DNA of 64,000 nt, taken from NCBI RefSeq assembly GCF_963921235.1, contig NC_086097.1:8928001-8992000 (forward strand), given 5' to 3'. Shown here in pieces: positions 48,201 to 61,524 of this stretch. Numbering within the stretch: the stretch's first letter is position 1; each line of letters begins with the position of its first letter. This stretch comes from Mobula hypostoma (Eukaryota). The translations under genes were made by a program, and so were the position numbers. The notes below the pieces were generated by a model. That model was not told where the DNA came from. It was given only the letters and a program-made list of their open reading frames with translations, and ran no database searches.

Positions 48201-49804
48201 TGCTCCAAACTAAAGGTGTAGCTATGGGCGCCCGTATGGGTCCTAGCTATGCCTGTCTTTTTGTTGGCTTTGTGGAACAATCTATGTTCCAAACCTATTC
48301 TGGTATCCGTCCCCCACTTTTCCTTTGCTACATTGACGACTGCATTGGCACTGCTTCCTGCATGCATGCTGAGCTCGTTGACTTCATTAACTTTGCCTCC
48401 AACTTTCACCCTGCCCTCAAGTTTACTTAGCCATTTCCGACACCTCTCTCCCCTTTCTACATCTTTCTGTCTCTATTTCTGGAGACAGCTTATCTACTGA
48501 TGTCTACTATAAGCCTACTGACTCTCACAGCTATCTGGACTATTCCTCTTCTCACCGTCTCTTGCAAAAATGCCATCCCCTTCATGCAATTCCTCTGTCT
48601 CCGCCGCATCTGCTCTCAGGATGAGGCTTTTCATTCTAGGCCAAGGGAGATGTCTTCCTTTTTTAAAGAAAGGGGCTTCCCTTCCTCCACTATCAACTCT
48701 GCTCTTAAACGCATCTCCCCCATTTCACGTACATCTGCTCTCACTCCATCCTCCCGCCACCCCACTAGGAATAGGGTTCCCCTGATCCTCACCTACCACC
48801 CCACCAGCCTCCGGGTCCAACATACTATTTTCCGTAACTTCCACCACCTCCAACGGGATCCCACCACTAAGCACATCTTTCCCTCCACCCCTCTCTCTAC
48901 TTTCCGCAGGGATCACTCCCTACGCGACTCCCTTGTCCATTCGTCCCCCCCATCCCTCCCCACTGATCTCCCTCCTGGCACTTATCCGCGTAAGCGGAAC
49001 AAGTGCTACACATGCCCTTACACTTCCTCCCTTACCACCATTCAGGGCCCCAGACAGTCCTTCCAGGTGAGGCGACACTTCACCTGTGAGTCGGCTGGGG
49101 TGATATACTGCTTCCGGAGCTCCCGATGTGGCCTTCTATATATTGGCGAGACCCGACACAGACTGGGAGATCGTTTTGCTGAACACCTACACTCTGTCCG
49201 CCAGAGAAAGCAGGATCTCCCAGTGGCCACACATTTTAATTCCACATCCCATTCCCATTCTGACATGTCTATCCACGGCCTCCTCTACTGTGAAGATGAA
49301 GCCACACTCAGGTTGGAGGAACAACACCTTATATTCTGTCTGGGTAGCCTCCAACCTGATGGCATGAACATTGACTTCTCTAACTTCCGCTAATGCCCCG
49401 TCTTACTCCATCTGTTATTTATTTATATACACACATTCTTTCTCTCTCTCCTTTTTCTCCCTCTGTCCTTCTGACTATACCCCTTGCCCATCCTCTGGGT
49501 TTTTCCCCCCCTCCCCCTTTTCCTTCACCCTGTCCCATGATCCTCTCATATCCCTTTTGTCAATCACCTGTCCAGCTCTTGGCTCCATCCCTCCCCCTCC
49601 TGTCTTCTCCTATCATTTTGGATCTCCCCCTCCCCCTCCCACTTTCAAATCTCTTATTAGCTCTTCTTTCAGTTAGTCCTGACGAAGGGTCTCGGCCTGA
49701 AACGTCGACTGTACCTCTTCCTAGAGATACTGCCTGGCCTGCTGCACCAGCAACTTTGATGTGTGTTGCTTGAATTTCCAGCATCTGCAGAATTCCTCGT
49801 GTTT
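48201..49804 (+). mobile_element. Second Neptune-type PLE copy, 5'-truncated and frameshifted
   Basis: QTKGVAMG...YIDD (48200-48430) and thumb-linker-GIY-YIG in one frame (48500-49393). Collinear with about 37120-38731. Confidence 0.95.
49675..49710 (+). ncRNA. Minimal type I hammerhead ribozyme motif, intact core
   Basis: Stem I AGTC(49675-78)/GACT(49707-10), core CTGACGA(49679-85), stem II AGG...CCT, GAAAC(49699-703), cleavage triplet GTC(49704-06). Confidence 0.75.
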
Positions 49805-50194
49805 ATGTTTTTAAATGCACTATTTTCACTTTTTGCACTACTTCTTTAAGTTTTCTATATATTTCTTATTGTAATGTATAGGTTTTTGTTATTATTTATT
49901 ACATGATGCTGCTCCTTCATAACAACAATTTTCATAGCACATGCCAGTGATATTAAACATGGTTCTGATTCCTTTCTGAGGTCTGACTTTTAGCTCTTAA
50001 TCCAGTAACACTTGTGCCAAACAAGTCACAGAGTCATACAGTATACTGTCAGTCTAAGTTGATGCCTAATCAGGGTTTGTATCCCACCCCCCCCCCCACC
50101 ACCCATTTTGTGCCTGTTCACATTTCTGTCTCAATGTCTCTTAAACACTGCAATTCTGTCTGCCTCCACCGGCTCTACTGTCAGCATGTGCCAG

Positions 50195-50437
50195 GCACGG
50201 ATTATGCTCTGTGTAAACAAAAGCGTGTCTTGCGTTGTCCTGCTCCCACAAGGGGGGAGGCTACAAAGTATCCACACTAGGACCACCAGACTCAGAAATG
50301 GTTCCTTCCCCAAGCAGTAACATCTCAACCAACTAACCCACCCCTCCACAGCCCCCAGAACTTTATCATTTCCTGTCAGAGTCACATTCTGTACGGACAC
50401 TCCTGTACCAAGCATCACTCTATGTCCAGTACACACA

Positions 50438-50480
<43 letters not shown>

Positions 50481-50645
50481 TATACACACGTTATCTTACC
50501 TATTTCTATTTATTGTTTTCTTTTGTTATTCTTTCTTTATCTTATTGTTTCTTTCTGGGCTGCATTGGATCCAGATTTGCAACTATTTTGTTCTCCTCTG
50601 CTCTTGTGTACTGGAAATGACGTTAAACAACATTAAATCTTGATC
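50195..50645 (+). mobile_element. Rex1-type 3' fragment containing a (TA)n(CA)n microsatellite at about 50442-50488
   Basis: LLPQGGRLQSIHTRTTRLRNGSFP, and the tail ttgtgtactggaaatgac also seen at 1-80 and, inverted, near 59340. Confidence 0.7.
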
Positions 50646-50654
50646 TCTTTTTTT

Positions 50655-51210
50655 AAACTTTCCTCTCTTGGCTTAAGGTTATGCCCTCTGGTATTTGACC
50701 TCTATATCTTATGGAGAAAGACACTGGCCTTCTTCTCTATCTAAGCCTCTCAAAATTATATATGCTTCAGACAGTTTGCCCCTTAACCTCTGATGATGTA
50801 AAACAATCCACAGTTGTCTAACGTCTCCTTGCAGCTAATAAATTTCAATAACGTTGAACCTCTTCTGTACCCTCTCATTGTGTGGCAACCAGAACTGCAG
50901 TCTGTATTCCAAACCCGGCCCGACCGACACTTCAAGCAACAGCAGCATGACTTTCCAGCTTTTATACTCAACGCCCCAACAGATAAAATTACCGTACCAC
51001 ATGCTTTCTTTACTGCCCTATCCACTCACATTGTCACATTCAGGGAGCAATTTACCTGAACCACATGACACACTGAACATCAATGCTCCCGAGGGTCCTG
51101 CCATTGACTGTACTCTTGCATTTAGCCTCCCAAAATGTGTTACATCACACTTGTCTGGATTAAATTCTGTCTGCCATGTGGCTGCCCAGATTTCCAATTG
51201 ATCTATCTCC
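50655..51210 (-). mobile_element. Degenerate CR1 fragment
   Basis: tatgccctctggtatttgac and cacttgtctggattaaattc...tctgcca blocks; AVKKACG. Confidence 0.6.
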
Positions 51211-51211
51211 T

Positions 51212-51445
51212 AAACATGAGAAACTTGACAGATATCAGAAATCCAAGCACACACACACAAAATGCTGGAGGAACCCAACAGGTCCGGTAGCAGCTATGGA
51301 AATGAATAAACAGTCGACGTTTCAGGCCAACACCTTTCTTTGGGATTGGAAAGGAAGGGGAAGATGCTAGAATAAAAAGTAGGAGGGAGGAGAGGAAGGA
51401 TAGCTAGAAAGTGCTAGGTGAAGCCAGGTGAATTGTAAAGATAAA
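51212..51445 (-). mobile_element. PLE 3'-end fragment
   Basis: cacacaaaatgctggaggaa...cagtcgacgtttcaggcc. Confidence 0.75.
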
Positions 51446-52232
51446 GACCATAAGACCATACGATATAGGTGCATAAGTAAGCCGTTCAGCCCATCAAGTC
51501 TGCTCTGCCGTTCAATCATGGGCTGATCCAATTCTTCCAGTCATCCCCACTCTCCTGCTCTCACCCCACACCTTTTGATGCCCTGGCTAATCAAGAACCT
51601 TTCTATCTCTACCTTAAATGCACCCAATGACTTGGCTTCCACAGCTGCTCATGGCAACAAATTCCACAGATTTACCACCCTCTGATGAAAGTAATTTCTC
51701 CACACCTCACTTCTAAATAGACATCCTTCAATCCTGAAGTCCTGCCCTCTTGTCCTAGAATCCCCTGCCATTGTAAATAACTTTGCTATATCTAATCTGT
51801 TCAGGCCGTTTAACATTCAGAATGTTTCTATGAGATCCACCCTCATTCTCTTGAACTCCAGGGAATACAGCCCAAGAGCTGCCAGATGTTCCTCATATGG
51901 TAACCCTTTCATTCCTGGAATCATTCTTGTGACTTTTCTTTGAACCTTCTCCAATATCAATATATCCTTTCTAAAATAAGGAGCCCAAAACTGCACACAA
52001 TACTCCAAAGGTGGTCTCACGACTGCCTTATAGAGCCTCAACAGCACACCCCTGCTCTTATATTCTTACCTCTAGAAATGAATGCCAACATTGCATTCGC
52101 CTTCTTCACAACTGACTCAACCTGAAGGTTAACCTTTAGGGTATCTTGCACAAGGACTCCCAAGTCCCTTTACATCTCTGCATTTTGAATTCTCTCTCCA
52201 TCTAAATAATAGTCTGCCTGCTTATTTATTTA
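51446..52232 (-). mobile_element. CR1 3' fragment
   Basis: (ACCATAAG)n tail; LYKAVVRPPLEYCVQFWAP...LEKVQRKVTRMIPG (51817-52047). Confidence 0.85.
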
Positions 52233-54639
52233 CCCTTTATATACTTAAGAAAGCTTTTAGTACCTTCTTTGATAATCATTGCCAGCTTTCTTTCATAATT
52301 CTTCTTTTCCTTCCTAATGACCTTCTTAGTTTCCTTCTACAAGTTTTTAAAAGACACAAGAAACTGGATTCTGTAGCAACACACAGTTTTAGAGGAACTC
52401 AGCAGGACAAGTAGCATCTATGGAGGGAAATGGACAACTGACTATTTTGTTCAAGACCCTGATTCTAAGCTGGAATGACCTTTCAGAATACTTCAGATCA
52501 GTTTGCAGGAGTGATCACAAGTTCCAGTTACATTCATTCTTCATCTCATTTCCCATAATTATCATTTACCCCTTATACTGTTCCAAAACCCAGTGCTCCA
52601 AGGGACAAAACCTTATATTCCACATAAGCACATTATAGCCATCGATTGACTGGATGTCCCATTGTGTTTGATGACAGTCAGATTGGTATGGATCTCGATG
52701 TGAACTGCACAATGAAACCTGCACGGGGGCGTTTTTTTTTTAAAGTGGAAAAGGTCTTGCACTGAGGCAGTTCCATTCTCAACATCAGAAACTCAGGTCC
52801 AGTGGTACAAATAGATGTCACAACTGGGATCTCAATTGCAACGTATGACCAAGACTTCTGTGCCCTGTCATAGCCTTTGTTTTCCACAAAACATTGCAGA
52901 AGTGTCTTTTTGGCCATTGGATATTACTGATGATCTCATCTACCCAGTCTACTGGAGCAGACTTTACATACTCAGATAGGCATGTCCTTATCTCAGTGGA
53001 CTATGAGGTCCCTCACCTGGTCTGGCCTGCCCGTCAAAGCAGTATACCAGGATGTGGCCGCAGTCACTTGCAAACAGCCTACTTGGAGCCACAGGGGAGA
53101 CTTGAGTGTCTGGAGAGGACCAAAGGTGAGTGAGCCACCCCAGAATGGGCACAACAAGCCCCTTCAACCGAGTTGCTACCCCTCCCAAGACAACACATAC
53201 ACACCCCTTATAACCATTAGAAACAAATACTTTCACATAGCTTTTTTTTACCCTCGTTGTGACAGGAATAGAGGGTTCTGATGCAAGTTCACAAATCCAT
53301 AACAAATTTTCCCTCTTTTTCACAGGTACTGCGTAACCTGCCAGGCTTTTTCAGAATTTTTAAATTTAGATTTCCAACCACAGTTGTGTGTTTTATGTCT
53401 TATAACTTCAGTATAAATCTTCCCTTCTCCCATCTCTTCCATCTTCTTTCTCATCCTCCCCCAGACGGATTAACTGACATTACCAACTCCACCACCTTTG
53501 CTCAATCAACATTAATACCTGTCATCCATTTGCTCTTAGTTACAACCCTATCACAAACATGACCTTTGCTGCCTCTATCCCTCACTCTTCTCCGCAACCA
53601 AAATAAATTGCTCACTTACTTTTTCTAGGCCTAATGAGAGGTCATTAAATTGAAAATTCAACTTGATTTCAGTCACTGCAGATGCAATCTAACCTACTGA
53701 GCTTCACCATCATTCCCTGCTTTTATTTTAGACTTTCAAAATTTGCTACTTTATGTAACAAAACCTATTACAATAGCTTGCTTGGCCTACAGATTACTCC
53801 AGGCCAATAAATCATTGTGTCTTCTTTCATTAATGTTTAATATCGGTAGGCAGACCAACAATACCACCAACTTCTGATCATCACTCAAGCACACCAAACA
53901 CCTTCTTCCACCACAATCCCATTCACATTTGTGTCACTCAGCTCACACAGTACTATAGAGATTAAAATCCACACACCATATAACTTAATTTTTCCCTTTC
54001 CCACACACTCTTTCCAATATATCAGGTGTTACTCTTTCACAAGGGTTATAAATATCATCTGCAGTTTACTATTCTATCCCCAAATTTCAACCACAATTGT
54101 CTCATAAGCAGCTCCAATTTCCAAAGTTCTATGTGCTATCCCAAATTTAACAAAGGTAGCCACTCCCTCTCTTGTACCCACATTCCCAATCTTGTTTTAT
54201 ATTGACATACCTAGTATTGAAAAACTTCAACAAGGTGTTGACCCAATATCTAGTAGACACATAACATGAAGTGTAAATTGGTTTATTCAACAACTTTCTT
54301 AAATTCTTGATCATTAGCTCATAAAATTTCTATTTTAAGATTTTAAAAAAAGCAGTAGCAGAAAACAGCAGAGTTGTCTCTTATCTCTAGATGTTTTTCA
54401 GTAGCTTTGAATACAAATTTATTTTTGTTTATTCTACCTTTTAGAGGCACTCCTATGATCAGGAAACATTCAACTTCCACCATAAATATACCCACGGATT
54501 TGGCCTCCACTGCAGTCTGTGGTAGAGATTTTCACAGATTCACTATTCTCTGACTAAAAAAAAATTAAACATTTAGCATCAACAACTTTTCCGCCAACTA
54601 AATTATTTTCAATTTGCTCCATGGATCCATCTAGAGGTA

Positions 54640-54953
54640 AAATAAAGGCATCCGTTAGTCTTGCGAGACCATGGATCTGCGCCTGGAAAGTCTTCACTCT
54701 CCAGGGTGCAGGCCTGGGCAAGGTTGTATGGAAGACCAGCAGTTGCCCATGCTGCAGGTCTCCCCTCTCCACAACACCAATGTTGTCCAAGGGAAGGGCA
54801 TTAGGACCAATACAGCTTGGCACCAGTGTCGTCGCAGAGCACTGTGTGATTAAGTGCCTTGCTCAAGGACACAACACGTTGCTTTGGCTGGGGCTCGAAC
54901 TCACGACCTTCAGGTCACTAGTCCAATGCCTTAACCATTTGGCCACGTGCCCA
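54640..54953 (-). mobile_element. tRNA/CORE-like SINE with RTE-derived tail (copy 2)
   Basis: Exact 12-bp TSD CATCTAGAGGTA at 54628-54639 and 54954-54965. A and B boxes present; homologous to 14775-15071. Confidence 0.9.
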
Positions 54954-55059
54954 CATCTAGAGGTACTCTTACAATTACTCTCCAAAGCCACTGTCATTCA
55001 ATACAATTCTTTCCTTCCTCTCCCAACTTTTTAACCCTGAAGCTTTCTCACATTTCTCA

Positions 55060-55430
55060 CATAAACGCTGCTTGGGCAGGGCGAAAAGCATTATCAAGGA
55101 TGCATCTCACCCTAACCATGGACTTTTTACTCTCCTCCCATCCAGTAGGCGCTATAGGAGCCTCCGTTCCCGCACCAGCAGGCACAGGAAGAACTTCTTC
55201 CTTGAGGCTGTGACACTGCTGAACCTCACATCACAGGGCTAAGCAGTATTGCACCCATGTTGTACTGTCTCAGTACTTTTATATTTGTGTGCTGTAGCAC
55301 TTACTTTTTATTCGCAATTATTTTGTAAATAACACTATTCTTTGCATTTCTGGTCAGATGCTAACTGCATTTCATTGGCTTTGTATCTGTACTCAGCACA
55401 ATGACAATGAAGTTGAATCTAATCTAATCG
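55060..55430 (+). mobile_element. Rex1-type 3' fragment
   Basis: ctcctcccatccagtaggcgctataggagcctcc block; tail aatgacaatgaagttgaatctaatctaat. Confidence 0.7.
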
Positions 55431-55996
55431 CTTATCATCTTTACAAAACACTAAGGGTGCCCCATCTCTTAACTGTCTTGTACGTACAATATCTCTTAAT
55501 GCTTTTCTCAAACCCTTAGTTAATCTAATTGAATTGACATCAAAAACAGTTGCACATTCAAAATACAACAACACCTTCCTTATTTAAATTCTATCTACTG
55601 CCTCTATCATTGGATGAAAAGCCACTGCAATCCTCAATTCACCACTTGTATTTTTCTTTTTCACAGAAAGCAGCCATTCACTTTCCTCCATACAACACCT
55701 ATCACCTAATATCTCCCAGTCACTACCTTTGTCTTCTTTATCATAACCTGACATCTCTATCTTTACATCCTTTCTTCCACCCACCTCCAATTTCCTGCCA
55801 TCAGCTAAAATTACCTCTCCCTGACCAAATCATTGCTTGGCTTTTGAATACTTTTCTACATTAGGGCCAATTGGAGATGGGGAATAAACACCAGCATTGC
55901 ATATTTCACAAGCATTTAATTACAACCTAACCCGTTTGTGGTTACAGAATTTCAAACAAGCAACACCGTGACACACAGAGCGCCTGCTTTTCGAAG

Positions 55997-56575
55997 TAGA
56001 ACATGGAATATAGAATGGTATAGCTCAGGAACAAGCCATTCAGCCCACGGTGTTGTGCCAAACCAACACAAATACAAATCAAAACTAGTCCCTTCTGCCT
56101 ACGTAGTGTCCATATCCTTTTATTTTTCTCACAATCATGTGCTTATCTAAACCTCTCTTAAAAATCTCTAATGCATTTGCCTCTATCACCAGCCCAGGAA
56201 GCATATTCCAGGCATCCACCTCTCTTTGAGTAAGAAATTTACCCCTCACATCCCCTTTGAACCTAACCCCTCTCACTTTCAATGCATGCCCTCTGGTATT
56301 AGACATTTAAACCCTGGGAAAGTGGTATTCCAAGTCTACTCTATGTATACCTCTCATAATCTTGTAACCCTCTATTAGATCTCCCCTTAGCTCCAACCAC
56401 TCCAAAGAAAACAACCCAAGTTTGTCCAACCTCTCACGAGACTGGGCAGTAAATCAGGCAGTATCCCAGTAAACATTTTCGGCACACTTTCCAAAGCCTT
56501 GGCATCCTTTCTGCAGTGGGACAACCAGAACTCTATGTAATACTCCAGATGTGGCCTGAACAGAGTTTTATAACC
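55997..56575 (-). mobile_element. CR1 3' fragment
   Basis: NTRGHALKVRG...FLTQREVDAWNMLP...FKRGLD (56085-56306). Confidence 0.8.
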
Positions 56576-57264
56576 TCTTGTTTTTCTTTGCCTTGATTGA
56601 AAATAAAATTGTCTTGAACTCAGGACAGAAAAAAAAACTCTTTTGAAATTCTAGTTGCTCCATTATTATTAATGGCAATTCTTAGAGGAAAGAAATCAGC
56701 TTCACTCTTTGAAATCAGCCTTGCTTGAGAGGTAATATTTCCTATGCCTTGAATATAGCAAAAGACTAGGTCAAGAGATTAGCATCTGTCTTGGTAGGAC
56801 AAACTGAAATGACAGACAGCTGGCCATAATTTACACTGATAGACTCTCATTCCGAGCTGCAGAAAGTTGATTAACTTGTTCTTCAGGAGTTAATTGCCAA
56901 TTAACACTCATCAGTATTTTACACCTTCAGTCAAACCTTTGGTCCAAAAATGGCTGAAGCATGATGGTTAATGACTGCTTAAATAGCAAAAGCACAGCTT
57001 GTAACATGTTCCTAATATTACTGACAGTTGGATTTAAATACTCTCAGGGTGTTGAGATGAACAGTGCGGTAATTGAAGGTACTTTGGCATTGATTTTTCT
57101 CTCAATGCTGTGTCAGTGAGCACAGCAGCTTCATACCACAACCTATGAAACCTAGTTAGTAAATTTGAAGGGCATCTGTTTGCCTTGGGATGCTTGTGAG
57201 TTGTAGAACAGATCTTGGTCATGATGTCAAAGCAAATCTCACAGCTACGTATGCGTTCAGCGAA

Positions 57265-57545
57265 TATATTTAGTTACTGAGATACACATAGAATAAGGTC
57301 TTCTGATTCTTCAAGCCACACTGCACCACAGCCAACTAATTTAACCCCACCCAAACTATGTTTCCATTTATAATGATCAATTAACCTACCAACCGGCACG
57401 TCTCTGGATAGTGAGAGGAAACCAAAGCACCCAGAGAAAACCCACATAGTCACGGGGAGAACGTACAAACTTCTTACAGGCAGGGTGGGACTTAAACCTG
57501 AGTCACCTGTACTGTAAGGCATTGTGCTAACCACTTTGCTACTGG
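57265..57545 (-). mobile_element. V-SINE-like tRNA SINE
   Basis: Same body as 20480-20775 and 34640-34920. Confidence 0.65.
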
Positions 57546-60016
57546 GCCCCTCTATTTGTGACCATTGAGAAATATGACTACTAAATTTAAGCACACTAGT
57601 TAATTATGAATTCTAGAGCTACATTCAATAGAGCAGTAACTAGTATTTGGATTTTCAAAAAAACTTGCTAAATGAATTGTATGAGCTTGAAAATAAATCA
57701 ATTCTTTTCTGTTTGGTGCCAAGTGTATGAGCGGAGAGCGATCTTGATGCAGAACAGCAAATCGTGTATGAGCCATGAATTATTATACAGTCAGGGCAAA
57801 GGTCTTTCACTGGGAGTGATGATGAGATCACTGTAGTCCATCACTTTTATAAATGACTTAACTCAGGAGCTAGAAACAAATTACAAATTTATGCCTAAGT
57901 AGCCTTATATTTAATTCTAAAAGGTGTAATAAGATATTGTTCTCATTCTGTAAATTCAGAAGCAACTTCAATTGTAGCCATTGAAAACTGGTAGGACGAA
58001 TGAGGAAAGTATCTTATGGGAATTGGGAATCCAAATTGGGTGGAGGAGGATTAGGACCTGGTAATTTATAATCTCTTCAGTTTATTTATTGTCATAACAA
58101 ACAACAGTATATAGGCACCTAGAAACAATGTATTTAAAAAGAGTTAATGCATATACCTGTTACAATAATTCTTTTTTAAAGTTGGATTTTAAATAAATCC
58201 TTAAAATATTCACTGCAGTGTTTCTTTTAGAACAGCACAGAACAGGCTCTTCATCCCACAATGTTGTGACAAACCAATTAAATTAGTAGTCAAATGGGCA
58301 ACCTAACTAATCATCTCTGCCTATATAATGTCCATATCTTTCTGTTTCCCACATATCCATGTGCTATATAAACATCTCTTAAAAGTCTCTAATATATCTT
58401 CCTCTACCACCAGGCAGTGCATTACGGGTACCTACCCAACTTTGTGTAAAAAAAACGTGTTCCTCACATCTCCTTTTAAATTACAAGCCTTCTGATATTA
58501 GTCATTTTATAAAGGAAATAAATCATACAAAATGCCTATATTCACACATTAAGTTAAATAATTGCCTATTTATGCATAATGATGAACTCATAAATTATAA
58601 ATTCTATTCACTGGTTTTAAACTCTGACCTCAACTGCAAAGGTGCATTTGCCACCCCTGAAGAAGGGTCCACTTTAGTTGCCTGTGATGTGTCATCCACA
58701 AACATCCCTTCAAGATTGCTAATGTCATTTCCAGTACACAAGAGAAAAGGAGAACAAAATAATTGTTACTTCAAATCCAACTGTCTTTGGCCTTGGGCCA
58801 GGCATCACTGCTTGAATTTTCTTAGCTCACTTGTGTGAAACTTGTACAACAATGGTGCAACTGCAGTAAGTGATGCTTGGTTTAAAGAATTCATACTTGT
58901 TGCGTCGTGCTCTGAGTCCATAATCTAATAATCTTTTTAACACTGTTTTGAGATTTTGGAGATGTTCTTTGTCATCCTTACAGATAATTATATCAGTCTA
59001 TGCTAAGTTAGGAGCGTTATTTTTATGGTTCAGAAGGCGTAGGCTCAGAGTACACTGATAATTCATGAAAAGATTCTCATTTGAGTGAAATGGGACGGGG
59101 ACTGGCCCTTCAGATATACAAAGATGGATAAACCAGGACCAGTCCCCTCTGAACAGTGATAATTAATAAAGCTGTTGAAAATCACCAACCATATAAAGGA
59201 GAAACTGTTTCCAATGGCAGGAAAAATTGTGACTGGAAGGAAAAGGGAGCAGGTAAAAGAAATAAGAAGCAAGATGAGATGATTCTTTTTTTAATTCAGT
59301 TCAATTCAATTCAATTCAAGATTGCTTAATGTTACTTCCAGTACAAAAGTATAAAAGTATAATGGTTACTCCAGATCTAACTCAGCACAAAAAAATAAGA
59401 TAAGGAACGCAATAATAATTAAAAACTTCAATAAATATAAATACACAAGATAGTTTATATACATAGGTTGATTTTATATCCATAAAGTGATGCTCAGCAT
59501 AGGAGTGTCTGTGCATAAGGTGGCTGGCAGGAAATAATAAAGTGATAATGGTTAGGGATGTGGAGAGGTAGATTAGCAAATAGAAAAGTTGATCAGCCTT
59601 ACTGCTTGGGGAAAGTAACTGTTTTTGAGTCTGCTGGTCCTGGCATTGATGTTATGTAGCCTCTTCCCTGATAGAAGTGGGAAAAGCAGTCTATGAGCAG
59701 GATGGGATCCCTCATAATGTTACTGGCACCTTTTCTGGAACCTTTCTGTATACAGCACCAAGAAAAAGTATTCACCTCCTCCTCCCTGCCCCCCCCCACA
59801 GAAGTTTTCATGTTTTATTGTTTTATGACATTGAATCACAATGGATTTAATTTGACTTTTTGACACTGATCAAAAAGACTCTTTCAGGTCACAGTGAAAA
59901 CAGATCTCAACAAAGTGATCTAAATTAATTAAAAATATAAAATACAAAATAATTCATAGCATAAATATTCATCCCCTTCAAGTCAGTATTTATTAGATGC
60001 AACTTTGCCAGTTTTT

Positions 60017-60305
60017 TTAGATTATGAGGACACGCAGTCCTCTTTTATTGTCATTTAGTAATGCATGCATTAAGTAATGACACAATATTCCTCCAGTGTG
60101 ATATCACAGAAACACAGGACAGAACAAGACCGAAAAACTAACAAAACCACATAATTATAACATATAGTTACAACAGTGCAACAATACCATAACTTGATGA
60201 AGAACAGTCCATGGCACCATAAAAAAGTTCAAAGTCTCTCGAAAGTCCCACATCTCACGCGGACGGAAGAAGGAAGAAAACTCTCCCTGCCATGCCCGAC
60301 CACAG
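60017..60305 (-). mobile_element. 3' part of the non-autonomous element seen at 7208-7832
   Basis: tagattatgaggacacgcagtcctcttttattgtcatttagtaatgcatgc is identical to about 7213-7263. Confidence 0.85.
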
Positions 60306-60793
60306 AAGAAAGATCTTCTGGTAGCCACCCACTTCAACTCTGCTTCCCATTCCCATTTGGGTATGTCCATACATGGCCTCCTCTACTGCCATGATGAGGC
60401 TAAACTCAGGTTGGAGGAACAACACCTCATATACCGTCTAGGTAGTCTCCAGCCCCTTGGTATGAACACAGAATTCTCCAACTTCCGGTAATTCCCTCCC
60501 CCTCCCTTCCCCTATCCCTATTTCACTCTACCCCCTCCCCCAGCTCCCTCATGGTTCCGCCTCCTCCTTCTACCACCCATTGTTTTCAGGGCAATGACGT
60601 CAATGCTTCCCCTCCTCCACCCCTTTGTCTTTCAAATTACTGGTCTTGCAACTGAAGCTACAAGCATTCTTCAAATCCTTCCCCATCTTTCATTCTTCAG
60701 TCCTGACGAAGGGTTCTGGCCCGAAACGTCGACTCATCATTTCTAACTGATGCTGCCCGACCTGCTGAGTTCATCCAGCGTACCGAAAGTGTT
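60303..60793 (+). mobile_element. PLE 3' fragment of a different subfamily
   Basis: VATHFNSASHSH...LRLEEQHLIYRLGSLQPLGMNTEFSNFR*, followed by a distinct 3' UTR. Confidence 0.85.
60699..60734 (+). ncRNA. Minimal type I hammerhead ribozyme motif, intact core
   Basis: AGTC-CTGACGA-AGGGTTCTGGCCC-GAAAC-GTC-GACT. Confidence 0.75.
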
Positions 60794-61524
60794 TTCCATC
60801 TCTGCTGGTTCTTTATTCCCGTCACGGGGTACATGGCAACTGACTCACCAGCAGTTGCACCTTCCAGACACAGGTCTATTTTTACTACAATCAATTGAAA
60901 CGGCTTGACTGCACACAGGTTTATATATAGCTAAGGCACCTGAACAAATCATGTGGCTTCTAAAACCAATCGGCTGCACAGCTGATGATTTGGTGTGTCA
61001 TATTAAAGGAAGATGAATACTTATGCAATCAATTATTTTGTTTTAAATTTGCAATTAATTTAGATCACTTAGTAGAGATCTGTTTTCATTTTGACACAAA
61101 ATTGTTTTAGTTTCTGTCAATCAGTGTCAAAAAAGCCAAATTAAAACCACTGTGATTCAACGTTGTAAAACAATAAAACATGAAAGCTTCTGGGGTGGGG
61201 GGTGGGGGTGAATTCTTTTTATAGGCACTGTATATGTCCTTGATAGCAAGTGTGCTGGTGCTGGTGATGAGGGCAGTTTGATTATCCCTGTAGAGCTTTC
61301 CTGTCCGCTGCAATGTACCATACATTGATGTAGCACATCAGGATGCTCTCTGAACAGGAAAATGCACGATCGTGAAGCTGGGAAATGGTCCAGCGCAGAG
61401 TCAAACAAAAAAACTGGCTGCTTACTCACGAAGCACGTGGAACACTTGTCCAACAACATTTTCCTTTCACTACAGGAACTGATGGCTGAAATTTCCCAAA
61501 ATTCTTTAGGGTATCAGAACATTA

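Larger units (their letters stand above)
46830..49970 (+). mobile_element. Rex1/Babar LINE (about 46830-48200 and 49805-49970) split by a PLE
   Basis: QFAYCHNRS...[12 protein letters not shown] (47014-47259) and WCLSNNLALNTSKTEKLIVDLR...FKFLGVKISEDLTW (47590-47931). The 3' UTR continues after the PLE. Confidence 0.8.
59753..61230. mobile_element. Non-autonomous Tc1-like element with about 230-bp terminal inverted repeats (TIRs), carrying nested retro-insertions
   Basis: TA|CAGCACC...GGCACTG|TA. About 59753-59980 is the reverse complement of about 61005-61230 (gaagttttcatgttttattgtttta versus taaaacaataaaacatgaaagcttc). Confidence 0.8.
59290..61345 (-). mobile_element. Rex1-type 3' fragment (about 59290-59752 and 61231-61345) split by a Tc1 element
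   Basis: (AATTC)n tail; cctttctgtata|tatatgtccttga is continuous across the insertion. Confidence 0.7.

Noticed and set aside
57034..58838. Short ORFs in non-repetitive DNA (57034-57222, 58572-58838)
   Set aside because: No splice support or homology; part of the second overlaps a LINE-tail remnant.
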